DNA from: Thermodesulfobacteriota bacterium
GTDB lineage: Bacteria; Desulfobacterota_D; UBA1144; Nemesobacterales; UBA2774
DNA: 34,487 nt
Direction of reading: 5' to 3'
Assembly: GCA_039028315.1 (NCBI GenBank)
Contig: JBCCIH010000002.1
Location: 1 to 34,487, forward strand
Shown: positions 1-8,517 of the stretch, piece by piece
How positions within the stretch are numbered: the first letter of the stretch is position 1
Layout: every line of letters starts with the position of its first letter
Notes under the pieces: generated by a model
The model's database searches: none
What the model was told of the DNA's origin: nothing
The model's input: the letters and a program-made list of their open reading frames with translations, nothing else
Program-made: the position numbers and the translations under genes

Positions 1-40
1 AAAAATATTAGCAAGGTAGAAAAGGCAAGTATCAAATACA

Positions 41-742
41 CTAAGAAGAAGTAACATTGTCCCTTAGCCAAGCATGTAGCGGCATCATATCTTTAAAAAA
101 ACCATATGTATAGTTTAGAAAATCCTTAGAAGTAGCTTCTTTTGGAATTGGTCCTTCGAGGTAAAAATATAGGCCGTTATGCAAAAGCAAGTCTGCATTT
201 GGATTCTCAGGATCATAGCCCCTAGGTACTCTTTTATAATGCGAACCCCCAAGGGTATATTCAGAATTCTTTGCAATCTTCTTTAGTATTTTGGAGACCT
301 GCGCGCCTTTTTTAGGATCACTAACACTATCTCGGTATGACTTTGTTAGCTCTGAAGGTAAGGAATATAACCCTCCGGCAATTAAAAGCTTAGATTTATC
401 AAATTGAATATAAAATCCCGGATTACCCAGCTTTTTAAGGGGCCCCTCCCAAAGAAAAATACCTAAATGTGTTTTATAAGGAGTTTTATCCTTGCTGAAT
501 CTAACGTCTCGATAAATTCTAAATATGGATTTATCCACTTTTGGTGTCGCAACAATTTTTGGACACATTGGTTTTAAGAGCTCGCCCATCTCCATTATAT
601 AGTCCTGGGCAGGCTCCATTACATTTTTTTCAAAAACCTCCCTGTTTGCTTCAAACCACTCTCTTTTGTTATTATTTTCAAGGTCCTTAAAGAACTTGAA
701 AGTGTCTTTAGTAAACCCGTTAAAATTTGTATTGTTAGTCAT
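41..742 (-). CDS. DUF2461 (TIGR02453) family conserved hypothetical protein
   Basis: 233-aa ORF. The N-terminal FFKDLENNNKREWFEANRE and central FRIYRDVRFSKDKTPYK motifs are typical of this family as I recall it. A GGAGA SD lies 7 nt upstream of the ATG at 742. Confidence 0.75.
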   Translation of the reverse strand: MTNNTNFNGFTKDTFKFFKDLENNNKREWFEANREVFEKNVMEPAQDYIMEMGELLKPMCPKIVATPKVDKSIFRIYRDVRFSKDKTPYKTHLGIFLWEGPLKKLGNPGFYIQFDKSKLLIAGGLYSLPSELTKSYRDSVSDPKKGAQVSKILKKIAKNSEYTLGGSHYKRVPRGYDPENPNADLLLHNGLYFYLEGPIPKEATSKDFLNYTYGFFKDMMPLHAWLRDNVTSS

Positions 743-769
743 AAAATGATCTCCTCATATAAAGTGAAG

Positions 770-1312
770 CTATAACTCTTTACCAAGGTTAAAGGTTTTA
801 AGTGGAGTATAAATTGATCCTTTTGGATTGAGCTCACTCTCAATTGCTGTGATTCTGTTCAATTCAAAGTGAGTTTGTATAATATCTTTACAAGAATCAA
901 TCCTAATTTTATTCTTTACCCGTCCAATAGTAATATGGGGTGTAAATTTTCGTTCCTCTATCTCAAATCCAAGCTCGGAAAGCTCCTTAGTCAGTTTGCT
1001 GTGAAAGATAGAGAGATGTTTATTCTCAGACAAACCTATATATAAGACTCTAGGGTTTCTAAGATTGGGAAATGCTCCAAAATTTGTGAGATGAAGCTGA
1101 AAGGGATCATGATCATCTATAAGATTATCAAGCATAGTGGTAATTTGTTCTAATTTGCCCTCTTGTATTTTTCCAAGGAAGTTCAGAGTCAAATGCAGTT
1201 TTTCTGGTTTCTCCCACTTAACCCCTTTTATATCTGCTTTGATAGAATTAATATGGGAAGTTATTTGATCGCGGATACTTTCCGGCAATAATGCGGCGAT
1301 AAAAATCCTCAT
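770..1312 (-). CDS. thpR: RNA 2',3'-cyclic phosphodiesterase (2H phosphoesterase, LigT/ThpR-like)
   Basis: 180-aa ORF with the two H-x-T/S-x motifs of the 2H superfamily (HLTLNF and HITIGR) at typical spacing. Confidence 0.85.
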   Translation of the reverse strand: MRIFIAALLPESIRDQITSHINSIKADIKGVKWEKPEKLHLTLNFLGKIQEGKLEQITTMLDNLIDDHDPFQLHLTNFGAFPNLRNPRVLYIGLSENKHLSIFHSKLTKELSELGFEIEERKFTPHITIGRVKNKIRIDSCKDIIQTHFELNRITAIESELNPKGSIYTPLKTFNLGKEL

Positions 1313-1341
1313 TTATTTATCACCTAAGATTGGGCCAATGC

Positions 1342-2592
1342 TTACTTACACCAGGTGGGGAAACGCTTGCCCCCGCCTTGACTTAGGCGCACTTGGTTCT
1401 CGCCATTAGCGTACATGAGATATATGTCCCTAGCGCCCTGCTTAGTTGATGTAAAGGCAATGTAGTAACCATCTGGAGACCAAGACGGGTTTTCGTTTCT
1501 TCCGCCGCTTAAGGTAAGTCTGCTCTGTCCGCCTCCACTTGGGTCTATGGTGTATATATTTGTTCCACCGTCTACCTTTACAAAAGCAATCTTATTTACC
1601 TCTGGATTGGGAGACCAAGAGGGGTCTGTGTTATACCCGCTAGAGGTAATTCTTCTGGCTGCACCGCCGTTTGAACTCATAACATAAATATTAGGATTTC
1701 CGCTTCTATCGGATACAAATGCTATCCGGCTGCCGTCTGGGGACCAAGTTGGGGATATATCAATAGAGCCAGAGCGGGTTAGGTTTTTCGCGCCGCCTTT
1801 AAGATTTGATACATATATGTCACCATTTGAGCTAAATGCAAACTGATTTCCGCTAGGTGACCACTCAGGGCTCTGCTCAAGTTTAAATGCCTTTGTAAGC
1901 CTCTTCTCTCCTTGCCCTAGGGTGTAGAGATAAAGATCCTGATCCCAAACATTATCGGAATTAAATAGGATCTGCCTTCCATTAGGTGAGCAGTCTGGAG
2001 ACATCACAAGTGCGTTGTGCTTAGTAAGCTGTTGTTTATTGGCCCCGTCATAATCCATGATGAAAAGATTCCTATTTCTTTTACTACCTAACACAAACGC
2101 TATTTTAGATGTGAAAAAGCCTTGTTTCCCGGTCATTTGCTTCATCGCGAGATCTGCAAATTTATGTGCTGCCTCTCTTACCTTACCGGGAGTTGCAACA
2201 TAGGTTCTGCCAAGTATCGGTCTTTCTTCTTTTACGTTATAGAGCTGAACAGCAAATTTGATTCTATTTCCTTCTGTCTGATATTGACCTGCGATCAGAT
2301 AGTCTGAACCGTTGTCAAAGATGCTCTGAAAATTAATATTATTTAAATCACCGCCCAAAGCGCCTCCTCGACTTACATCAAACAAGGCAGCATTTTTTAG
2401 ATCATTTCTAACTACGTCAGCAAATTCCTTACCCTTGGCGTTAGGAGCACCTAAACTTGTGAGCTCAGGAACATAGACGGGGATTCTTTGAATAATAGGC
2501 CCAGTGACATCAGGCAGCTTGATCTGTGAATAAGAAACAGTGCTAAAACCTAGAAATATTGCAAATGTTAGGATTAATAATCTGATGGCCAT
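1342..2592 (-). CDS. tolB: TolB-like periplasmic beta-propeller protein (PD40/WD40-like repeats)
   Basis: 416-aa ORF with a signal peptide (MAIRLLILTFAIFLGFSTVSYSQ) and a TolB_N-like segment. It has repeated SPDG/SPxW PD40 blades (PDGSRIAFVSDRSGNPNIYVM, SPSGNQFAFSS, SPDGYYIAFTS). A GGAGGG SD lies upstream. No tolQRA or pal gene is adjacent. Confidence 0.75.
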   Translation of the reverse strand: MAIRLLILTFAIFLGFSTVSYSQIKLPDVTGPIIQRIPVYVPELTSLGAPNAKGKEFADVVRNDLKNAALFDVSRGGALGGDLNNINFQSIFDNGSDYLIAGQYQTEGNRIKFAVQLYNVKEERPILGRTYVATPGKVREAAHKFADLAMKQMTGKQGFFTSKIAFVLGSKRNRNLFIMDYDGANKQQLTKHNALVMSPDCSPNGRQILFNSDNVWDQDLYLYTLGQGEKRLTKAFKLEQSPEWSPSGNQFAFSSNGDIYVSNLKGGAKNLTRSGSIDISPTWSPDGSRIAFVSDRSGNPNIYVMSSNGGAARRITSSGYNTDPSWSPNPEVNKIAFVKVDGGTNIYTIDPSGGGQSRLTLSGGRNENPSWSPDGYYIAFTSTKQGARDIYLMYANGENQVRLSQGGGKRFPTWCK

Positions 2593-2702
2593 AAAACCCT
2601 CCGTTATATGCTCAATTTAAATGTAATTGTGATGATACTTAGAAATAATTTAGCCTATGGAAAAGCTAAAAACTAGCATAAATGTTATTGATCTAAAATG
2701 AA

Positions 2703-3302
2703 CTACTCTTCGAGCTCCACATTCCAGTAAGAAATATCTACAAAGTTTAAAAACGGCTCCCATTCTTTATACCTTACAGCTTTTATATATATATTTGAGA
2801 ACGGATCCCAAAGCGGTTTTTTAGGTATTGTCTTAAGCTTCATTCTGGCCTGAGCAGGAGTCCTGCCGCCTTTTTTGCGGTTACAAGCAATGCAGCAGCA
2901 AACCACGTTATCCCATGTGCTTCTTCCGCCTTGAGAGCGGGGCACTACGTGGTCAATTGTGAGCTCTGAGCGTGAGAACTGCTTGCAGCAATACTGACAA
3001 GTACCAGCGTCACGTCTGAAGATGTTTAGGCGGTTAAATTTAGCCTCTTTTCTAATTACGCCCTCATATCTAACAAGTATTATTACTCTTGGAGTTTTAA
3101 TTACAGAGCTTACAGTGCGAATTACATCGTCTTTATCTTTAAATTCTGAAATTTGTGACCAGGAATCAAAGTCAAAAGTGTTATATTCAGTGTCTACTGC
3201 TTTTGCAATACCTGCGTACAACATCACAAAAGCCCTTTTGACACTTGTAATAGTTACAGGAACAAAATAACGATTCAGAACCAGTACAGGAGAACTTAGC
3301 AT
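2703..3302 (-). CDS. HNH endonuclease family protein
   Basis: 199-aa ORF with a zinc-finger/HNH core: CQYC..(x)..TIDHVVPRSQGGRSTWDNVVCCCIACNRKKG. The N-terminal VLVLNRYFVPVTITSVKRAF segment is typical of a widespread small stand-alone HNH family. Confidence 0.85.
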   Translation of the reverse strand: MLSSPVLVLNRYFVPVTITSVKRAFVMLYAGIAKAVDTEYNTFDFDSWSQISEFKDKDDVIRTVSSVIKTPRVIILVRYEGVIRKEAKFNRLNIFRRDAGTCQYCCKQFSRSELTIDHVVPRSQGGRSTWDNVVCCCIACNRKKGGRTPAQARMKLKTIPKKPLWDPFSNIYIKAVRYKEWEPFLNFVDISYWNVELEE

Positions 3303-3387
3303 CTAGTATAGTGAATCTACCTATTCTTTATTATAATTCAAGTAAGATAATGTTAATGTTTAGTTAAGATTATTGCTGAACAAAGGC

Positions 3388-3415
3388 TTGAAAACACTAG
3401 AGATTGAGTTATAAC
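3388..3415 (+). promoter_or_regulatory. Predicted sigma70-type promoter (TTGAAA-N16-TATAAC) for the small-ORF/lgt/lnt transcription unit
   Basis: Read directly from the sequence: ttgaaa at 3388-3393 and tataac at 3410-3415, about 34 nt upstream of the ATG at 3449. Motif match only. Confidence 0.3.
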
Positions 3416-3448
3416 TTTATGCGTTAACATTTTGCGGGAGATATAAAT

Positions 3449-3601
3449 ATGAGTAGTTTGTCCCAGGCCCTTATAATCCAGATTGTTATATGCATCGTTC
3501 TTTTTGGTTTTCTTTTTTATTTCATGATCAAAAACGCTCAGCTTAAAAAAGAAATCCACTCAAAGATAAAAAATTCATCCAAAGAAAACAGCTTAAAATA
3601 A
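3449..3601 (+). CDS. Small (50-aa) single-pass membrane protein, hypothetical; not in the supplied ORF track
   Basis: Hand translation gives MSSLSQALIIQIVICIVLFGFLFYFMIKNAQLKKEIHSKIKNSSKENSLK*. There is one hydrophobic helix followed by a basic tail. A GGGAG SD lies about 8 nt upstream. Its TAA stop directly abuts the lgt ATG (TAAATG). Confidence 0.45.
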   Translation: MSSLSQALIIQIVICIVLFGFLFYFMIKNAQLKKEIHSKIKNSSKENSLK

Positions 3602-4408
3602 ATGTATCCAGAACTAATTAAAATTGGCGATTTTTCAATATCTTCTTTCGGAGTAATGGTAGCCCTTTGCTTTCTAGTGGGATATTGGCTTATTTCACTA
3701 GAGACCAAAAGAAAGAAATTAAATGAGAAAGCTGTAAGCAATATGTTTCTGGCCACAATGATTGGCGGCATTGTAGGAGCAAAACTTCTTTATCTGTTCG
3801 AGAATGTACCGCTAGGGGAGCTATTAAGAGATCCTATCACTCATCTATTATCAAGAGGCGGGCTTACTTTCTACGGCGGGTTTATAGGAGCTATAATACT
3901 TGTTTGGATCATTGCTAATAAGAATAAAATAAGCATGTGGACTGTAGGAGATTTAGCGGCTCCAGCTCTTGCACTTGCCTATTCCATTGGACGAGTCGGC
4001 TGTCTTTTAGTAGGTGATGATTACGGAATACCAACTGATCTGCCTTGGGGTATGGCATTTCCTAAAGGGCTTCCTCCGACCACAGAAACTGTTCATCCAA
4101 CACAGATTTATGAAATTGTGATAATGTTCTTTGCGTTCTTATATATCTGGAAAATAAGGACTAAAGTAAGACCGGCAGGATGGCTGTTTTCAATCTATCT
4201 AATAATTGCTGGGCTCGAAAGATTCTTCGTTGAATTTGTACGAGATACCACCGAAAGCCCGATCCCGGGACTATCTGTTGCACAGGTAACAGCGCTTGGG
4301 CTTATTGTAGTAGGTGCTGTTAAGCTTTATAGATTAAGATCATCAGGCCAGCTATCAGATCCTGATCCCGAGCCGCCTAGAAAACGGGCAAAGAAAAGAA
4401 AGGCCTAG
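3602..4408 (+). CDS. lgt: Prolipoprotein diacylglyceryl transferase
   Basis: 268-aa polytopic membrane ORF with Lgt signatures (GGLTFYGGFIGAI, GRVGCLLVGDDYG, HPTQIYE). It is followed by lnt. Confidence 0.95.
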   Translation: MYPELIKIGDFSISSFGVMVALCFLVGYWLISLETKRKKLNEKAVSNMFLATMIGGIVGAKLLYLFENVPLGELLRDPITHLLSRGGLTFYGGFIGAIILVWIIANKNKISMWTVGDLAAPALALAYSIGRVGCLLVGDDYGIPTDLPWGMAFPKGLPPTTETVHPTQIYEIVIMFFAFLYIWKIRTKVRPAGWLFSIYLIIAGLERFFVEFVRDTTESPIPGLSVAQVTALGLIVVGAVKLYRLRSSGQLSDPDPEPPRKRAKKRKA

Positions 4409-4448
4409 CTCCTTTCTAATTTTGAGCCCTTGGGTATCTTTAACCACC

Positions 4449-6011
4449 ATGTCTAAAATTACGACTAGAGACATAATACTTGCTTCGCTCACAGGCGTGT
4501 TATATCCGCTTAGTTTTATGGTCCCTTTTTTAGGCTTTACAGCGTGGGCGCTTTTAATACCTCTTTATTGGTCAATTGCAAAAAGAACCCCTTGGGGCGC
4601 GTTTAAGCTGGGCCTTCTTTCAGGAACAATCGCTAACTTTATAGGAACGTACTGGCTAGTTGGAACACTGACAAGGTTCGGCGGATTCCCAATACCTGTG
4701 AGTTTTGTTTTTATAATCTTTTTAAGCGCATACGCTGGGCTTGCGTTTGCAATATTCTCTTACATAACAACCAGGCTCGGACTATTTAGAAAACCAGGCT
4801 ACCTGTCAGTGCTTTTAATTGCATCTATTTGGACATCAATTGAATATCTCTTCCCATTCCTTTTCCCCTACGGCATAACGAACTCGCAAGGCCATTATCT
4901 GACTATTATCCAGATGTATGATCTCTTTGGCATTTATGCCCTAAGCTTTGTGATTGTGGTCGTAAACGTAGCGCTTCTAAGAATAGTAAAGAGATTTACA
5001 CTAAACGCGCTTCTGCCAGCACCTGAGTTAATTCTCTCTGCAACTCTTATATTTTTAGCTCTCTCATACGGGTATTTCAGAATACTTCAGGTCGATGTAG
5101 ATATACAAAATGCGCCTAAGCTCAAAGTGGGCATGGTGCAGGCAAACTTCGACTTTTTAGCGAAAACTGAGAATCAGGAACAAATAGTCACAGATAAACA
5201 TAAAGAGATGTCAGAGCAGCTTAGTGAAGTTGATCTGATTATTTGGCCTGAGACCTCAATCCAAGCATGGTTTTCAAATGATTCTGATTACTTAATTGTT
5301 AGGGATGAAGTCGGCGTGCCCCAGATGGAAGGCAAGTACTTTATAGTGGGCGGCATGTCATTTACGCCTAAAGACCCTGAATCGACTGTTATAACTGACG
5401 AGAACCTTACCAAGTACAATACCGCCTTTCTAACTAACTCAGACGGGGTCATACTTGAGAGATATCATAAGATTAAACTTCTGCTATTTGGCGAGTACTT
5501 GCCGTTCGCTCAGTATTTTCCAGCTATCAAGCAGGTAAGTCCGGCCACTGGGGACTTTACGCCTGGCGATGAGCTTGATCTATTTGTTATACCAGAGAAA
5601 GGGGCTAAGATTGCTCCTATAATTTGTTATGAGGATATAATCCCATCATTTAGTCGCCAGTTTGTAGACAAGGGCGCAAATCTGATTGTGAACATTACAA
5701 ACGACGCTTGGTTTGGTGAGACGATCGCTCCATATCAGCATCTTCTTATATCTATACCAAGGGCGGTTGAGACAAGGAAATATCTGCTTAGATCAACTAA
5801 TACTGGGATAAGTGCGATTATTGATCCAGTGGGCAGGGTTGTTGCACAGACAGGCAATTTTGTTCAGACCAACCTAGAGGGTGCAGTAGCACTAATGGAT
5901 GGACCTAAAACACTCTACACCAGAGTCGGTGATGTATTTCCAATAGCAGCAACTATTTTTTGGATAGGGTTTATTGCAGTACAAAAGTTAAGAGGAAAGA
6001 ATTTGCTTTAG
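4449..6011 (+). CDS. lnt: Apolipoprotein N-acyltransferase
   Basis: N-terminal multi-TM region plus a C-terminal nitrilase/CN-hydrolase domain (WPE, CYEDIIP, NITNDAWFG). The start is ambiguous: TTG at 4422 (ORF track) or ATG at 4449. Neither has a clear SD. Confidence 0.9.
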   Translation: MSKITTRDIILASLTGVLYPLSFMVPFLGFTAWALLIPLYWSIAKRTPWGAFKLGLLSGTIANFIGTYWLVGTLTRFGGFPIPVSFVFIIFLSAYAGLAFAIFSYITTRLGLFRKPGYLSVLLIASIWTSIEYLFPFLFPYGITNSQGHYLTIIQMYDLFGIYALSFVIVVVNVALLRIVKRFTLNALLPAPELILSATLIFLALSYGYFRILQVDVDIQNAPKLKVGMVQANFDFLAKTENQEQIVTDKHKEMSEQLSEVDLIIWPETSIQAWFSNDSDYLIVRDEVGVPQMEGKYFIVGGMSFTPKDPESTVITDENLTKYNTAFLTNSDGVILERYHKIKLLLFGEYLPFAQYFPAIKQVSPATGDFTPGDELDLFVIPEKGAKIAPIICYEDIIPSFSRQFVDKGANLIVNITNDAWFGETIAPYQHLLISIPRAVETRKYLLRSTNTGISAIIDPVGRVVAQTGNFVQTNLEGAVALMDGPKTLYTRVGDVFPIAATIFWIGFIAVQKLRGKNLL

Positions 6012-7088
6012 AGCAGTTAAAAATGCATCATTCTCATTAGGTGTTCCGATTGTTACACGCATGCAGTTCTCGAGCCTTCCAGGTCTGTTGAAGTTCCTTA
6101 TTAAAATGTCTCTTTTCACTAACTCATTAAAAAGCATATCAGCGTCTTGAGCTTTAAAGAATATAAAGTTTGCATCGCTTGGATATGCCGTTAGATCATC
6201 CAGCTCTAACATCGCACTAAATACGCGCTCTCTTTCTTTAATAATGAGCTGAATATTCTCAGTTACAAACTCATGATCATCTAAAACCACTTCCGCGGCG
6301 CTTTGGCTGAGCGAATTAATGTTATATGGGTAGCGAACTTTATTTATCTCTTTTGCTATCTGTTCTCTCGCAAAAAGTATCCCGATCCTAAGCCCTGCAA
6401 ACCCTACCTTTGATAAGGTCCTAAGTATGATTAAGTTCTCGCATTCTTTTACGAGCGGCAAAAATGTATAGCCGCTGAAATCAGAATACGCTTCATCCAC
6501 AACAACAATCCCTTTGGCCGCGCTTATAATCTCAGTGATTTTGCCAGCGTTGTACATATTGCCTGTGGGGTTATTAGGTGAAGCAAGAAATATTAAGTCG
6601 GGATCATTCTCTTCTATGATTGATAGTGTTTCATCCAGATCTATATCGAATTTATCATCTAGAGGTATCTCGATGACCTCTGCCCCCATGGCAAGCCCGG
6701 TGAGTTTATACATAGAAAATGTTGGAGAAGGACATAAAATCTTCCCTGAGCCATTTGCAAGAGTAGTTATTAGCATACCTATTAGCTCATCTGATCCGTT
6801 TCCGAGCAATATCCCGTCCTTTGAAAACTCAGTGACTTTGGAAATCAGCTCTATAAGCTTGTGAGCCTCAGGATCGGGGTATCTGTGTATAGCTAGATCG
6901 CTTATGGCTTTTTCAACTTTGGATTTTACTGAATTAGAAAGCTCAAAAGGGCTTTCATTACCGTCTAATTTAATTTTGCAGTCAATCGCCGGAACGTGGT
7001 AAGGAGAGATCTCTCTTATTTCGGGGCTTACACGCGCCTCTACGATACCAAGTTCTTCAGACTTTGATTTTTTATCTTGTGAGCTCAT
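5988..7088 (-). CDS. hisC: Histidinol-phosphate aminotransferase
   Basis: 366-aa ORF with class-II aminotransferase motifs (SPNNPTGN, DEAY, LRTLSKVGFAGLRIG with the PLP lysine). It lies directly downstream of hisD. Confidence 0.9.
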   Translation of the reverse strand: MSSQDKKSKSEELGIVEARVSPEIREISPYHVPAIDCKIKLDGNESPFELSNSVKSKVEKAISDLAIHRYPDPEAHKLIELISKVTEFSKDGILLGNGSDELIGMLITTLANGSGKILCPSPTFSMYKLTGLAMGAEVIEIPLDDKFDIDLDETLSIIEENDPDLIFLASPNNPTGNMYNAGKITEIISAAKGIVVVDEAYSDFSGYTFLPLVKECENLIILRTLSKVGFAGLRIGILFAREQIAKEINKVRYPYNINSLSQSAAEVVLDDHEFVTENIQLIIKERERVFSAMLELDDLTAYPSDANFIFFKAQDADMLFNELVKRDILIRNFNRPGRLENCMRVTIGTPNENDAFLTALKQILSS

Positions 7089-7106
7089 TTTATTAGGGAA
7101 GAATAC

Positions 7107-8390
7107 CTATTTTCTAACTTTAACGGAAAGAGCATGCGCCTCAAGCTCCTCGCTATAGGCCAAGTTCATTACAGAGTCGCTAAGTTTGTCAAAACCTTTC
7201 TTAGAGATTGATATAACGCTCGGCATCCTTAAAAAGTCATACACGCTAAGAGGTGAAGAGAACCTTGCAGCCCCTCCTGTGGGTAGTACGTGGCTAGGAC
7301 CCGCTACATAATCACCAAATGCTTCTGTGGACATCCCACCTAAGAATATTGCGCCGGCGTTGTTAATCTTTTTAAGAAGCGCTTTAGGATTCTTAACGCA
7401 TAGCTCAAGATGCTCAGGAGCAAGAGCATTTGCAACATTTGCTGCTTCACTGATGCTTTTGACAACAAAAATGCGCCCCTGACTCTTAACAGCCTCACCT
7501 GCAATGCGTTTTCTAGTCAGAAGAGAAAGCTGTCTTGTAACTTCTTTTGCCACCTCTTTTGCAAACTTCTCTTTGTTAGTAACTAAAAGAGGAACGGCCA
7601 TCTCATCATGCTCGGCTTGTGCTAACAGGTCTGCGGCAACCCAGCTTGCAGGTGTAGAGGCATCTGAAATAATAAGAACCTCACTCGGGCCCGCAATCAT
7701 ATCAATATCTACTTCGCCGAAAACAAGCTTCTTTGCGATCGTAACATAAATGTTTCCCGGACCAACAATCTTATCTACCTTGGGTACTGATTCTGTGCCG
7801 TGCGCAAGAGCTGATACAGCCTGTGCTCCGCCTACTTTGTATATTGAATCCACCCCGGCTATTGAGGCGGCAACAAGCACTGTTGGATTAAGCTCGCCGT
7901 TAGGACATGGAGTCACCAGAACTAGCTCTTTAACCCCGGCCACTTTTGCAGGTATTGCTGTCATTAATACAGTTGAAGGGTATGCAGCTTTACCACCAGG
8001 AACATAGAGCCCCGCCCTTTCAATTGGGCGAATAAGCCATCCAAGCTCGTTCCCTAGTGCATCTTTATACATACTTCCTTTGGGAAGCTTGTGCTTATGA
8101 AACTCCCTCACTCTTTTAGCTGCTGTCCTCAGATCTGATTTAATTCTGCTTGAAACCTGAGACTGTGCATCTTTAATCTCTTTGGGCGTAACCTTTATAG
8201 TCTTTTTTGTAAGCTCTGTCTTATCAAAGCGCTTAGTGTATTTAAATAGAGCCTTGTCGCCGTTTTTTGCCACATCGTCGACAATCTTCTTTGTAGCAGC
8301 ATCAAGTTTCGGATCCGTAAGGGACGAACTCCTCCTAAGACCCTCAAGCTGTTTTTTTAGATTTCTTTCATTAACTCTTACAATTTTCAT
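7107..8390 (-). CDS. hisD: Histidinol dehydrogenase
   Basis: 427-aa ORF with a typical HisD layout (GLYVPGGKAAYPSTVLM, IAGPSEVLII, AQAEHD, APEHLEL). Confidence 0.95.
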   Translation of the reverse strand: MKIVRVNERNLKKQLEGLRRSSSLTDPKLDAATKKIVDDVAKNGDKALFKYTKRFDKTELTKKTIKVTPKEIKDAQSQVSSRIKSDLRTAAKRVREFHKHKLPKGSMYKDALGNELGWLIRPIERAGLYVPGGKAAYPSTVLMTAIPAKVAGVKELVLVTPCPNGELNPTVLVAASIAGVDSIYKVGGAQAVSALAHGTESVPKVDKIVGPGNIYVTIAKKLVFGEVDIDMIAGPSEVLIISDASTPASWVAADLLAQAEHDEMAVPLLVTNKEKFAKEVAKEVTRQLSLLTRKRIAGEAVKSQGRIFVVKSISEAANVANALAPEHLELCVKNPKALLKKINNAGAIFLGGMSTEAFGDYVAGPSHVLPTGGAARFSSPLSVYDFLRMPSVISISKKGFDKLSDSVMNLAYSEELEAHALSVKVRK

Positions 8391-8452
8391 GACGGAGAAG
8401 GATTATACATCGGAAAATAGATGTTAGAAAGATATCTATTATTATTAGCTAT

Positions 8453-8482
8453 TTGAGATTAATATCGCCCGCTTTTTGTAAT
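8453..8482 (+). promoter_or_regulatory. Predicted sigma70-type promoter (TTGAGA-N18-TGTAAT) upstream of the SRPBCC gene
   Basis: ttgaga at 8453-8458 and tgtaat at 8477-8482, about 36 nt upstream of the ATG at 8518. Motif match only, in AT-rich DNA. Confidence 0.25.
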
Positions 8483-8517
8483 TTGGGGTAAACTAAATTT
8501 TAAAAGGACATTAAAGT

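Noticed and set aside
2640-2670. Weak hairpin (TTTAGC-N10-GCTAAA) downstream of the HNH gene as a possible terminator.
   Set aside because: It is a 6-bp AT-rich stem with a poor T-tract, so its stability is too low to call a terminator.
3353-3771. Minus-strand ORFs of 68 aa (3353-3559) and 77 aa (3538-3771) from the ORF track.
   Set aside because: The second overlaps the well-supported lgt 5' end in antisense. Neither has an SD. The plus-strand 50-aa ORF, with its SD, promoter and stop/start abutment to lgt, explains the region better.
8431-8449. Fur-box-like sequence gatatctattattattagc in the hisD/SRPBCC intergenic region.
   Set aside because: It matches the consensus at only 13/19, has no long exact core, and neighbours no iron-related genes. 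I kept it as an internal control showing that AT-rich intergenic DNA here produces partial Fur-like matches by chance.
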